From Mobula hypostoma (lineage: Eukaryota), in the NCBI RefSeq assembly GCF_963921235.1, contig NC_086107.1, forward strand, positions 60,450,001 through 60,514,000: DNA of 64,000 bases, written 5' to 3'. Position 1 is the first letter of the stretch. Every line of letters starts with the position of its first letter. The notes under the pieces are model-generated. The model had not been told where the DNA came from and did not search any database. It saw only the letters and a list, made by a program, of their open reading frames with translations. Shown here one piece after another: positions 12,083 to 25,140 of this stretch. The position numbers and the translations under genes are program-made.

Positions 12083-13675
12083 ACTGAATACTTTGCTTCA
12101 GTATTCACAACGGAAAAGGACTTCGGCGATTGTAAGGATGATTTGCAGCGAACTGAAAAGCTTGAGCATATAGACATTAAGAAAGTGGATTTGCTGGAGC
12201 TTTTGGAAAGTATCAAGGTGGATAAGTCACTGGGACCAAATGAGATATACCCAGAGCTACTGTGGGAGGTGAGGGAGGAGATTGCTGAGCCTCTGGCAAT
12301 GATCTTTGCATCACCAATGAGGACAGGAGAGGTTCCAGAGGATTGGAGGGTTGCAGATGTTGTTCCCTTATTCAAGAAAGGAAGTAGAGATAGCCCAGGA
12401 AATTATAGGCCAGTGAGTCTTACTTCAGTGGTTGGTAAGTTGATGGAGAAGATCCTGAGAGGCATGACTTACGAACATTTGGAGAGGCATAATATAATTA
12501 GGAATAGTCAGCATGGCTTTGTCAAAGGCTTACGAAGTAAGTAAGTAAGTGACTTACTTACAAAGTACCTTACGAGCCTGATTGAATTTTTTGAGGATGT
12601 GACTAAACACATTGATGAAGATAGAGCAGTAGATATAGTGTATACAGATTTCAGCAAGGCATTTGATAAGGTACCCCATGCAAGGATTATTGAGAAAGTA
12701 AGGAGGCATGGGATCCAAGGGGACCTTGCTTTGTGGATCCAGAAATGGCTTGATCACAGAAGGCAAAGAGTGGTTGTAGATTGGTCATATTCTGCATGGA
12801 GGTTGGTGACCAGTGGATCTGTTCTGGGACCCCTTCTCTTTGTGATGTTTATAAATGACCTGGATGAGGAAGTGGAGGGATGGGTTAGTAAATTTGCTGA
12901 TGACACAAAGGTTGGTGGTGTTGTGGATAGTGTGGAGGGCTGTCAGAGGTTACAGCGGGACATTGATAGGATGCAAAACTGGGCTGAGAAGTGGCAGATG
13001 GAGTTCAACCCAGAAAAGAGTGAGGTGGTTCATTTTGGTAGGTCAAATATGATGGCAGAATATAGTATTAATGGTAAGACTCTTGGCAGTGTGGAGGATC
13101 AGAGGGATCTTGGGGTCCGAGTCCATAGGACACTCAAAGCTGCTCTGCAGGTTGACCCTGTGGTTAAGAAGGCGTACAATGCATTGGCCTTCATCAACCA
13201 GGGGATTGAGTTCAAGAGCCAAGAGGCAATGTTACAGCAGTATAGGACCCTGGTCAGACCCCACTTGGAGCACTATGCTCAGTTCTGGTCGCCTCACTAC
13301 AGGAAGGCTGTGGAAACTATAGAAAGGGTGCAGAGGAGAATTACAAGGATGCTGCCTGGATTGGGGAGCATGCCTTATGAGAACAGGTTGAGTGAACTTG
13401 GCCTTTTCTCCTTGGAGCGACGGAGGATGAGAGGTGACCTGATAGAGGTGTATAAGAGGATGAGAGGCATTGATTGTGTAGATAGTCAGAGGCTTTTTCC
13501 AGGGCTGAAATGGCTAACATGAGGAGTCTCTTTTAAGAGACTCCTGGATAGGTACATGGACCTTAGAAAAATGGAGGGCTATAGGTAACCCTAGGTAATT
13601 TCTAAAGTAAGTACATGTTCGACAGCATTGTGGGCCGAAGGGCCTGTATTGTGCTGTAGGTTTTCTATGTTTCTA
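12083..13675 (+). mobile_element. CR1 LINE, 5'-truncated, disrupted RT
   Basis: PEDWRVADVVPLFKKG, DFSKAFDKV, SKFADDTK motifs and a (tttctatg) tail. Confidence 0.95.
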
Positions 13676-13844
13676 AACTTTTTCCACAAATGACTGGCTG
13701 TTGCTCATTTTCTCCTGTGGAATTACTGTGCTAGTCTTAATCAAAAAGGACTCCCTGCCACGGATTGGTACAAAGTGTAAGATCTCAAATAGATTGACAC
13801 AATGTGTACATTAAATATAAACCATATACGGAGGACAATAGAGA

Positions 13845-14260
13845 AGACAAGACCATAATACCACAAGATATAAGAGTACAATTAGGCCATCGAGCATGTT
13901 CCAGCATTCCATCATGGCTGATCCCGGATCCCACTCAACCCCACACACCTGCCTTCTCACCATATCCTTTGATGCCCTGACTGATCAGGAAACGATCAAC
14001 TTCCACCTTAAATATACCCACGGACTTGGCCTCCACCGCAGTCTGTGGCAGAGCATTCCACAGATTCACTGCTCCCTGGCTAAAGAATTTCCTCCTTATC
14101 TCTGTTCTAAAAGGTCACACTTAATTCTGAGGCTGTGCCCTCTAGTTCTGAATACCCCATCATAGGAAACATCCTCTCCACATCCACCCTATCTAGTGCT
14201 TTCAATGAGATCCCCCGCATTCTTCTAAGTTCCAGTGAGTACAGGCCCAAAGCTGCCAAG
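13845..14260 (-). mobile_element. CR1 LINE 3' fragment
   Basis: Reverse complement of a CR1 3' end (gcattccacagattcact, accataataccacaag tail). Confidence 0.8.
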
Positions 14261-15409
14261 GATGGCCAACGACAGACAGACAGTGAGGACCTACATTGCT
14301 GTGCTAAACACCAGTGGCATAACGGGCAGTAACTAACAAGGAGACAACTGCATCAATGTTTGGTGTAGCAGAGGGTACCACACTGACTTGGTTGGAAAAT
14401 GCAATCCCCAATGTGGAATTAAACCAGTCCAAACACAAGACCCCAGGACCAATGGTTTACGCATTAACGTAAACTGTTCCCTGAACAGATAAATGCAGCA
14501 AATCTCTTTGATTCTGCTGAAAGCATACATGCACATTAAGCAAGGATATGATGGGCTTGGGTTCCAGCACCCTGCTCAAGTTGAATACTCATTTTATTTT
14601 AATGGAAATTGAATATGAAAGTAAGCTTCAGATACAATACTTACAAAAAGTATTCACCACCACCCCCCAGAAGTTTTCATGCTTTATTGTTTAACATCAT
14701 TGAATCACGATGGATTTAATTTGGCTTTTCTTGACACTGATCAACAGAAAAAGACTCTTTCTTGTCAGTGAAAACAGATTTCTACAAAGTGAACTAAATC
14801 ATTAACAGATACAAAACATAAAATAATTGATTGTATAAGTATTCAGCCCTTTTAGTACAACACACCAATTCATCACCGGTGCAGCCAGTTGGTTTTAGAA
14901 GTCAATAATTAATTAAATTGAGATCACCATGTGCAGTCAAGGTGTTTCAATTGATGGTAGTAAAAATACACCTGTAGCTGGAGGGTCCAACTGCAGGTGA
15001 GTCAGTATCCTGCCAAAAACTACACCATGAAGTCAAAAGAACACTCCAAGCAACTCCGTGAAAAGGTTATTGAAAAGCACATGTCCGGAGATGGATACAA
15101 GAACATTTCCAAATCATTGAATATCCCTTAGAGTATAGTTAAGTCAATCATCAAGAAATGGAAAGAATATGGCATAGCTGTAAATCTGCCTAGAGGCCAT
15201 ACTCAAAAATTGAGTGACTGTGTAGGAAGGGGGTGAGTGAAAGAGGCGACCAAGAGACCGATGAGAACTCTGGAGGAATTACCAGCTTCAGTAGCTGAGA
15301 TGGGAGAGACTGCGCATACAACTGTTGCCCGGGTGCTTCACCAGTCACAGTTTTGTAGGACAGTGGCAAAGAGAAAGTCACTGTGGAAAAAAACTCACAT
15401 GAAACCTCA

Positions 15410-15595
15410 AGCAACACACATCAAAGAGATTTGAAATCTCTTACTAGCTCTTCTTTCAGTTAGTCCTGACAAAGGGTCTCGGCCCGAAACTTCGACTGTA
15501 CCTCTTCCTAGAGATGCTGCCTGGCCTGCTGCGTTCACCAGCAACTTTCATGTGTGTTGCTTGAATTTCCAGCATCTGCAGATTTCCTCATGTTT
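15410..15595 (+). mobile_element. Penelope-derived short insertion with degenerate hammerhead, nested in Tc1
   Basis: 13-bp TSD ACATGAAACCTCA (15397-15409, 15596-15608). Inverted arm agcaacacacatcaaag pairs with ctttcatgtgtgttgct. Confidence 0.85.
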
Positions 15596-15873
15596 ACATG
15601 AAACCTCAGCTAGTTTGCCAGAAGGTATGTGGGAGACTCTAAGGTCAGCTGGAAGAAGGTTATACGGCCTGATGAAACCAAAATTGAGCTTTTAGCCATC
15701 AGACTAAACACTGTTTGGCATAGACTAAACACTGTTTGGCATAAACCAAACACCGTGCATCATCAAAAACTCACCATCCCTACCATGAGGTATGGTGATG
15801 GCTGCATCGTGTTGCGTGGGATGCTTCACTGCCGCAGACCCTGGAAGGCTTGTGAAGGTAGAGGGTAAAATGA

Positions 15874-17415
15874 GGACCTTGAGGGAAGTTAGTGTGGAAA
15901 TAGCAGAGGCTCTGACAGAAACATTTCAAATGTCATTAGAAACGGGGATGGTGCCGGAAGATTGGCGTATTGCTCATGTTGTTCCATTGTTTAAAAAGGG
16001 TTCTAAGAGTAAACCTAGCAATTATCGGCCTGTGAGTTTGATGTCAGTGGTGGGTAAATTGATGGAAAGTATTCTTAGATGGTATATATAATTATCTGGA
16101 TAGACAGGGTCTGATTAGGAACAGTCAACATGGATTTGTGCGTGGAAGGTCATGTTTGACAAACCTTATTGAATTTTTTGAAGAGGCTACTAGGAAAATT
16201 GATGAGGGTAAAGCAGTGTATGTTGTCTATATGGACTTCAGTAAGGCCTTTGGCAAGGTCCCACACGGAAGGTTGGTTAGGAAGGTTCAATCGTTAGGTA
16301 TTGATATTGAAGTAGTAAAATAGATTCAGCAGTGGCTGGATGGGAGACACCAGAGAGTGTGGTAGATAACTCTTTGTCAGATTGGAGGCCGGTGACTAGT
16401 GGTGTGCCTCAGGGATCTGTACTGGGTCCAATGTTATTTGTCATATACAGTAATGATTTGGATGAAGGTGTGGTAAATTGGATGAGTAAGTATGCAGATG
16501 ATACTAAGATAGGTGGAGTTGTGGATAATGAAGTAGGTTTTCAAAGCTTGCAGAGAGATTCAGGCCAGTTAGAAGAGTGGGCTGAAAGATGGCAGATGGA
16601 GTTTAATGCTGATAAATGTGAGGTGCTACTTTTTTGTAGGGCTAATCAAAATAGGACATACATGGTAAATGGTAGGGCACTGAAGAATGCAGTAGAACAG
16701 AGGGATCTAGGAATAATGGTGCATAGTTCACTGAAGGTGGAATCTCATGTGGATAGGGTGGTGAAGAAAGCTTTTGGTATGCTGGCCTTTATAAATCAGA
16801 GCATTGAGTATAGGAGTTGGGATGTAATGTTGAAATTGTACAAGGCATTGGTGAGGCCAAATTTGGAGTTTTGTGTACAGTTTTGGTTACCAAATTATAG
16901 GAAAGATGTCAACAAAATAGAGAGAGTACAGAGAAGATTTACTAGACTGCTACCTGGGTTTCATCACCTAAGTTACAGAGAAAGGTTGAACAAGTTGGGT
17001 CTTTATTCTTTGGAGCGTAGAAGGTTGAGGGGGGACTTGATAGAGGTATTTAAAATTATAAGGGGGATAGATAGAGTTGACATGGATAGGCTTTTTCCAT
17101 TGAGAGTGGGAGAGATTCAAACAAGAGGACATGAGTTGAGAGTTAAAGGGCAAAAGTTTAAGGGTAACATGAGGGGGAACTTCTTTACCCAGAGAGTGGT
17201 AGCTGTGTGGAACGAGCTTCCAGCAGAAGTGGTTGAGGCAGGATTGATGTTGTCGTTTAAAGTTAAATTGGACAGCTACATGGACAGGAAAGGAATGGAG
17301 GGTTATGGGCCGAGTGCAGGTCGGTGGGACTAGGTGAGAGTAAGAGTTCAGCACGGACTAGAAGGGCCAAGATGGCCTGTTTCTGTGCTGTAATTGTTAT
17401 ATGGTTATATATGGT
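15874..17415 (+). mobile_element. CR1 LINE nested in Tc1 transposase
   Basis: RT motifs (GVPQGSVLGP, KYADDTK), (tatatggt) tail, TSD TAAAATGA (15866-15873, 17416-17423). Confidence 0.95.
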
Positions 17416-19318
17416 TAAAATGAATGCAGCAAAATACAGGGAAATCCTGGTGGAAAACCTGATGTAGTCTGCAAGAGACTGCGACTTGGGAGAAGAATTG
17501 TTTTCCAGCAAGACAATGACCCCAAGCATAAAGCCAAAGCTACACAGGAATGGCTTAAAAACAACAAAGTCAATGTCCTGGAGTGACCAAATCAGAATGC
17601 AGATCTCAATCCAATTGAGAATATGTGTCTGGACCTGAAAAGGGCTGTTCATTCAAAACCCCCATGCAATCTGACGGAGCTAGAGCAGTTTTGTAAAGAA
17701 GAACGGGGAAACATTGCAGTGTCCAGGTGTGTAAATCTGATAGAGACCTATCCACACAGATTCCAGGCTGTAATTGCTGACAACGGTGCACCTACTAAAT
17801 ACTGACTTGAAGGGGGCGAGTAATTATTCTGTGTTTAATAACTGCAATAAATTTAGATTAATTTGTTTTCACTTTGACACAAAAGTGACCTTTCTGTTGA
17901 TTAGTGTCAAAAAAATGTCAAATTAAATCCACCGTGATTCAATGTTGAACAATAATACAACATGAAAACTTCCAAAGGGGGTGAACACTTTTTATAGGTA
18001 CTGTATATAGCACAACAATGAAACCACTTCTGTAATACTGTTTCCTTATATCAGAAATGCGTTGCCAACAGTTCAGAGAAAGTTTGCCAAACCGATATCT
18101 GGAGTGGTCAGGCTGTCTTATGAGCAATAACTGGATAGTCTCAGCTCATATCCGTTGAAGATTAGAAAATCCAGGGGAACGGAATCATATTAGATCTTGA
18201 AGGATTTTGAAAGCGCGAAGGGTATGTTTCTTTTAGTGGGGTAATCTAGAACTAGGGCATTCTAATAGGGATCACAGATTTAAGAGCGATATTATGATAT
18301 TTTTTTCTCTGAGGGTCATGAGTCTTTGAAGCTCTTTTCTTCAAAGGGCACTGGAATTAGAATCAACGAATAGTTTTTAAGGCAGAGAAAGACTGATACT
18401 TGATAAGCAAGGGAGTGAGTGGTCATTAACAGTCCCGGAAAAAGATCTGATGATAAAATTGTATTCTTCTTAAAAGGCAGTGAAGTGGATAGGAGCTAGT
18501 ACACTAGTGTTTGTACAAGTTTTACTTGCAAGTCTAATTCTAGCTGCGTGCTTGAGGCATTGACGATAGATGTTCGCTTTAGAGTTTCCTATTGAGATGA
18601 AAGAGACAAAGATGATACAAATGAATTATACAAAAATAAGCTTAGGAGGAATGACGGCACCTAACGGCGACTCCTTTGTTTGCATCTTTGGACACAGCTC
18701 TATTTCTATCTTTAATATCTCTATTTTTCTCTTTCAGGGGTTCTTTTGAAGACCCTGACCTGGAGTTACACGCAGGCTTCTGTTCTTTGTGGGAATGGGC
18801 CGCTATTCGACATGCCAGGGGTTTGGCCTGAGAATCTCGGTCATGTTCGGAAACTTAAATCGGTGACTTGTAAACATAATGAGCGGAAGGGTTGCTGCTC
18901 TGAACCGTGGTTTCTGTTGTGCTAACAGATTCTACTGAACATTATGAACGGTCTTGAGGTTTGGAGCAAAGGACAAACAAAACCAACAATTCCAGGGAGT
19001 TTACCGTCAGAGATGAGCAAGCGGTACTTCCCGCCTCTCATAATTAAACCATAAACAAAAAGGGTGAAGCTGGGCTATAGGAGAGAGGAACCAAGAGGTT
19101 TCAAGGCAATATTTGCAAACATTAATTCCAATAAATTTCCGAGAAGAAGTAATTTAAGCTCGACAGGAACAAGAGCTGCAAATTCCACATTACAGGATGT
19201 CTCTTAACCCAAAAGAGACATTATTAAGCTTTGTTCAGATTATGAACATGCAACAACATTTCTAGAGCATGCTTTTGCTGCAGCCAGTGAAATAAACTAC
19301 AGTCTATCGATGCAGTAC

Positions 19319-19522
19319 CTTGTTCTTCAGGGCCTTCTGCCTCCCCTATCGGATTGCCCTTCAAATGCACAAAGGGCAAGTTCTGGATCTCAGGGGGCAC
19401 AGAGCGTAGGCAATTGTTTTGCAGGTCAAGTCTTGACAAGTTGGGGATGTAAGCAAGCTCAGCTGGAACCGTTATGAGCTGATTGCTGTGTAGATGTAAT
19501 TCCTCAAGGGACGCCATGTTTG
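19319..19522 (-). CDS. PIDD1: PIDD1 coding exon 3 (last LRRs)
   Basis: Acceptor cttgcag, donor G|GTACTG, 204 nt. ANMASLEELHLHSNQL...LDLQNNCL...FVHLKGNPIG. Confidence 0.93.
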
Positions 19523-20000
19523 CTGCAAGCAGGCAAATCAAGACTTGTATCATATATAAATGCTTTTTAAAAAATTTATTGTTATCACGATACATCAACA
19601 TCTAAACTTATCTGATCTTGTACCAAAATCTTAAAAATTAAAGCAAACCAAAAATAACTCAAAATGCAGTGTTATGCAGAACACGAAAAGTATTAATGAA
19701 GCTTCTAACCCGTCATTTAGGTGCTAGTTCTAACCATAAATGATCTGCTCAAAGCATTGATTTGTCTAACACTATCTTGTCTATGAAAGATGTTACATAG
19801 GCCAAAAGTGTATTAGTACTGGCATTGCAAATATAGTAGTCTGTAATAAAAATTTAATTCAAATATTTTAGCTCATTTTTATCTCAACATTTTCACAGAT
19901 CCTTAACCCATAATGTTCTTAATGATCGTACATTAACGAGACAACCCTAAAATCAAGTTACATCTATAAACACGTAATCAGACTTGTTCAATTAACTCAC

Positions 20001-20414
20001 CGAGTGTGGACGGCAGAGTTTTCAATCGATTCCCTGAAAAGTCTATCCAGGTACAGCTGCTCAGTTTTCCGATCTCATCCGGAAGCTGTTCCAGTTTATT
20101 CTCAGATAAGTCCACTCTCTTAAGTGCTACAAGTTCACCAATGCTTCCAGGCAACACCCTCAGCTGATTTTTCATCAGGGAAAGAAAAGACAGTTTTACC
20201 AGCTTCCCAATGCTGTTGGGCAGTGCAGCCAGTTGGTTGTGGCTTAGCAGGAGCACAGTGAGTTCCTTCAATTCCGTCAGACATTCAGGCAAAGAGACGA
20301 AGCGGTTGAAACTCAGATCCAAATGGCTCAAGCACTGGAAATGTCCAAAGTTCACAGGCAAAGTCGCCAACAGACCATGCTTACACGCACCATATTCATC
20401 CCTAAGGTGACCAC
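20001..20414 (-). CDS. PIDD1: PIDD1 coding exon 2 (leucine-rich repeats)
   Basis: Acceptor caccag, donor G|GTGAGT, 414 nt, phase 1-1. GGHLRDEYGACKHGLLATLP...LSHLDLSFNRF...LLLSHNQL...VDLSENKL (LxxLxLxxN repeats). Confidence 0.95.
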
Positions 20415-20858
20415 CTGGTGATTACATTTAACAAATAGTAATATTTCAATGGATGTAAATATCCAGGTGGATCGCACTATCTTATTGTCCAGGAATTACC
20501 GAAATATAATTATATCCATTACTGCCCATAGAGATAACAGACTTACAGCAGTACACATACATCCTGACAGCAAAAATCACTCACCCATACATGCAGACGT
20601 GCACAATGCTCTATATAATATAAATAACATTTATTACTTTGCAATAATTAAAAACATGTAGCATTCACACCACTGATTATTCATAATCACATAAAAATAA
20701 AAATACCCAAATTATAATTTAGAAATTAAAATGTTAGCGAAATACTCTATAGCCAAACTCATTTATATTCAGAAAATGAAATGCAAATACAAAATAATAA
20801 TGATGAAGAGGGGAATCAAAGTATTAATTGACCTCACAAGTAAACCCAGTTGCAATAC

Positions 20859-21102
20859 CTTTAAGCACAAGTGATTTCAGCCTCCTTAGTTCAGGAACGA
20901 ATGTGAGTGATGGACCGATCTCCTCTTCATTGCAGTTTAGCCGTAGAAACTCAACCTGTTGTAGCTCCTTCCTGTGAGTATTGCATAGCACCAAAAATTT
21001 TCTGGTGCCATTTGGAAATACGTCTAAGTTCAGTCTGTTGTCTGCCAAGTACACTTCTGCAGTGCTGTCTTTGTCTGCCTCCCCAAGCAATAATTTCGCC
21101 AT
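20859..21102 (-). CDS. PIDD1: PIDD1 first coding exon (N-terminus, 81 codons + 1 nt)
   Basis: ATG at 21102 in strong context (AAGATGG) with an in-frame TAG two codons upstream. Translates MAKLLL...NRLNLDVFP...QVEFLRL...LKSLVLKG, matching the PIDD1 N-terminus. Donor AAG|GTATTG at 20858. Acceptor tgtgtgtag gives an exon start near 21199. Confidence 0.9.
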
Positions 21103-22344
21103 CTTCTACCATAGCTCAGCTGTGCAAGGTGCATGTTTCAACACGCCAGGCAGACATTTGGTGCTTTGCACAATGATCCTCCCTCAAGAACAGGCTGCAC
21201 TACACACAATTGAGAAAGTAAGAAAAGTCATAAGTTAATAAACATGTTCGCTAATTAGTTCATTTTACATCTGTCTAGTCCAACAGAATTATGGTAAGTT
21301 GTTCCTCTCAAAACTAAAGGCATTGACGCACAGTGTAATATTGCAAACTAAAAAGCAAGATTGCAATGCTATCATATATAATCATGGAAGTAAGACAAGA
21401 CAGGTGAGACTTACCAGATTAGGTACACAAATGATACTTGAGAAAAAAAAGACTAAAAACTGCATTTGAAATGTAATTACTGTAACAAAGTTAGAAGTAC
21501 AGTAGTTAACTTTCAAACCAGATCCCAGAATCAACAGTTAATTAATGTTTGCCATGACAGTCATGAAATTTCCTTGTTCTCATATTAGAGATTGGGAATT
21601 CACTTAATACCGCTCAAGAAGTCTAGCTAAAAGATCGGACTGCTGGCACTCCAGTACTCCCCCAGTGTTGTGCACCACAGCCTGTCTGGATGATGCCTTT
21701 CTAGGGATCATCTGCTGGCCATTGTGTCCTATGAGGTGAATCTGGACGCTATCAAATTAGTTCCAAGCAGGCCTGTTGTCAATGCAAAATTGACCCTTAT
21801 TCAGCAAAAATTGCAACTTACATCCAAAGCACCTTGTATAGTATATACAATATACTAAACAAGTTGAATATAGTATTTTCAACTTCAAAGAAGCATTCAC
21901 AACAACAATTAAGCAATTTAAGAAAATATTGAGAAGTGACATAAAACTAAATCAAAAAGGTGTGTTTTATTTCATGCTTTGTCTAAATTTATCTTATCCT
22001 TGAAGCTGATTTATTGCCTCTTCACGATTTCACCAAGATCCACTGGGCTTATAAAAGACAAAAAATATTCACCTCTTGTTAAAGATTATCATTACCAGAG
22101 TTAGCTAATGAGCCATTTTTGTGTATGAGCCCCGGAGAGAGGGTTACATTTGTACAACTGTTAAAACTAAAATAAAGTTATAGCTGCAAACCATAACTTT
22201 TTCAGCTGTGTAAGATTACAAAACAGAGAGAGATGAAGAAGGAGAATACAGCAGCTGAGAGATGGTGAATAAAGAACAAAAGGGAAAACATTCAATAGGA
22301 TGAAGGCTGGAGTGACTTCAATAATGGAAAGATGAGTTCAAAGT

Positions 22345-23330
22345 TCAAGGTTCAAAATAAATTTATTATCGAAGTATATACATGTCACCAATATACAACC
22401 CCGAGATTCATTTTCTTGTGGGCATTCTCAATAAATCCAATAACCATAATAGAATCAATGAAACACCGGACCAACTTGAGTGTCGACCATTGTGTAAAAG
22501 ACAACAAACTGCAAATACAGAAAGAAAAAGAAATCGTGAATAAATAAGCAATAAATATCGAACATGAGTTGAAGAGTCCTTGAAAGTGAGTCCATAGGTT
22601 GTGGGAACATTTTAATGATTGGGCAAATGAAGTTGAATGAAGTTATCTCCTTTGGTTAAACAGTGTGATGGTTGAGGGTTAACAATGGTACCTGAACCTA
22701 GTGGTGTGCGTCCTGAGGCTCCTGTACCTTTTTTGTAAGTTTCTTCTATTATTATGTATTACGTTGTACTGCTGCTGCAAAGACAACACATTTCAGAGCA
22801 TATGCTGGTGATATTAAACCCAATTCTGATCTTCCTGAAGGCAGCAGAGAGAAGAGGGCATGACGTGGGTGGTGGGGGTCCCTGATGATGAATGTTGCTT
22901 TCCTGAGACAACACTTTGTGTAGATGTCCTCAATGGTGGGAAGGGCTTTACCCGTGATGGACTGGGATGTATCCACTACAGTTTGTCAGATTTTCCGTCC
23001 AAGGGCATTGTTGCAGCCAGTCAATATACTCTCCGCCATACATCTATAGAAGTTTGTCAAAGTTTTAGGTGTCATGCTGAATCTTTGCAAATTCCAGAAG
23101 AAGCAGAGGCGCTGCCCTGCTTTTTTCGTAATTGCACTTACGTGCTGGGCCTAGGGCGGGTCCTTTGAAATGACAACACTGAGGAATTTGGCCCTCTTCA
23201 CCTCCAATCTCCTGATGAGGACTGGCTCATGGACCTCTGGTTTCCTCCTCCTGAAGTCAATGATCAGCTCCTTGGTCTTGCTGACATTGAGTTCTCATGG
23301 CACCACTCAGCCAGATTGTCAATCTCCCTC
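22345..23330 (-). mobile_element. Rex1/Babar-type LINE fragments
   Basis: SITGKALPTIEDIYTKCCLRKATFIIRDPHHPRHALFSLLPSG; tail reads aataaatttattttgaaccttgaactttgaac on the minus strand. Confidence 0.75.
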
Positions 23331-24449
23331 CTAAATGGTGATACCTTTGCCTCGGCATACGAACCAGAAGCATGGTGCCCATAAGGAAACAACAGCTTGG
23401 TGTAGAGCAGGAGATGCAACAAAGAGTAGGATCGGTATCAGTTCATGTTGACCGAAATGAATCTTGATTATGATCTTAAATTTTGCACTGGTTATTGAGG
23501 TCACGAGGGTACGGGTTAATGGCAAAATGCTGCATTACTTTCCCAACCTTACATTGGTGACAAGAGCAAATGAGTTTTTAATTCTCCTATTTTTAGGCAG
23601 CCCCTCAGGTTCACTTCATGGGTGTTCCGAGGTAACTGCTGAGGCTAATGTGGGAACAGTGTACTTCCAAAGATGGGGCAGGAGGGGCCTTCTGGTGGAT
23701 GTGAAGAGATGTGCTTTTATGCAGGTCATCTACATAAACTCAAGGTTCTCAATACTATCTCAACTGCTTCCTTCTCCAGTTTTCGTGACCATAAGCAAGA
23801 GATTTCCAGGAGCCAATGAGGATGATGCATTTCTTCAGCAAAGCTTTGGCACATCCTTGAATAATTTCCTCACTCTGCCCGGTAATCTTCCATGAAAGAA
23901 CTCTGAATAGGTTGTCTGTTCTGGGAGTTAGGCATGGGTAAATGGCATGACCTACCTAAAGAAGCTACTGTGCGAGATTAGGATGCTGACCTGGTGGAGG
24001 ATACTGACATTGATTTGCTCATCTTTCTAATGAATATAGCAAATTTTGCAGTGACAATGATGATAGTATCTTTCGATTGCTTTCACGTATCTGCTGCAGG
24101 CAGTATAGGCTTCCAAAGCATTAGGAAAGCAGGGATCACTACTGCTCATGGGTTTTGTACCAAGCCCAAAGTCTTGATTTTCAAATATCTTCCTCCTCAA
24201 ATGCCAAAAGCAAGGTGGTGTTCAATTTCATCATTGTTATCTGCCTTTGTCATGGAGTGCCTCCCAAAATATAGGAAGTAGTCTTCTTTCTAGCAGTCTC
24301 GCCACGAACGTTTATTGACAGAGGGCAAGTGCTGTGCAGGGAGGGCAGATTGGCAAAGGACCTGGTCTTGCAGATGCTGAATGCAAGGCCATCTTCTTCT
24401 AGTATGCTTTACGGAACAGGTCTCAGCACTCAGCCATGCACAAATGTAT

Positions 24450-25140
24450 TGAATTAACTTTATTTCTTACATCTTTCGCAAACATGAGTAAAAATCTTTA
24501 CATTACGGCTCTGTCTAAATGTGCAATTTATGGTACTTTGTAATAAATAGTATGTACAACAGGACAGTCAATATAACATAGAAATACAATTGTATCAGTG
24601 TAAATAAATTAGTCTGATGGCCTGGTGGAAGAAGCTGTCCCCGGAGTCTGTTGGTCCTCGCTTTTATGCTGCCGTACTGTTTCCCCAATGGTAGCAGCTT
24701 GAACAGTCTGAGGTTGGGGTGATTCGGGTCCCCAATGATCCTTCGGGCCCTTTTTATGCACCTGTCTTTGAAAATGTCCTGAATAGTGGGAAGTTCACAT
24801 CTACAGATGCGCTGGGCTGTCCGCACCACTCTCTGCAGAGTCCTGCGATTAAGGGAGGTACAGTTCCCACACCAGGCAGTGATGCAGCCAGTCAGGATGT
24901 TCCCAATTGTGCCCCTGTAGAAATTCCTTAGGATTTGGGGACCCATTCCAAACTTCTTCAACCATCTGAGGTGAAAGAGGCACTGTTGTGCTTTCTTCAC
25001 CACACAGCGGTATGTACAGACCACGTGAGATCCTCGGTGATGTTTATGCCAAGGAACATTAAGCTGTTCACCCCCTCAACCCCAGATCCATTGATGTCAA
25101 TAGGGGTTTGCCTGTCTCCACTCCTCCTGTAGTCCACAAC
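24450..25140 (-). mobile_element. Rex1/Babar LINE 3' fragment
   Basis: VVKKAQQCLFHLRWLKKFG...LTGCITAWCGNC...IIGDPNHP. Same family as 56735-57640. Confidence 0.88.

Larger units (their letters stand above)
14635..18003 (+). mobile_element. Full-length but dead Tc1-family DNA transposon interrupted by two retroelements
   Basis: Long imperfect TIRs (CAATACTTACAAAAAGTATTCACC / GGTGAACACTTTTTATAGGTACTG) with TA TSD. Transposase runs from ATG 15027 (MKSKEHSKQLREKVIEKH) through [15 protein letters not shown] and DLNPIEN to GAPTKY-stop at 17805, with stops and frameshifts. Confidence 0.93.

Noticed and set aside
15792-16091. Chimeric Tc1-CR1 ORF as a novel fusion gene
   Set aside because: Chance in-frame junction. 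Both partners are broken by stops and frameshifts nearby.
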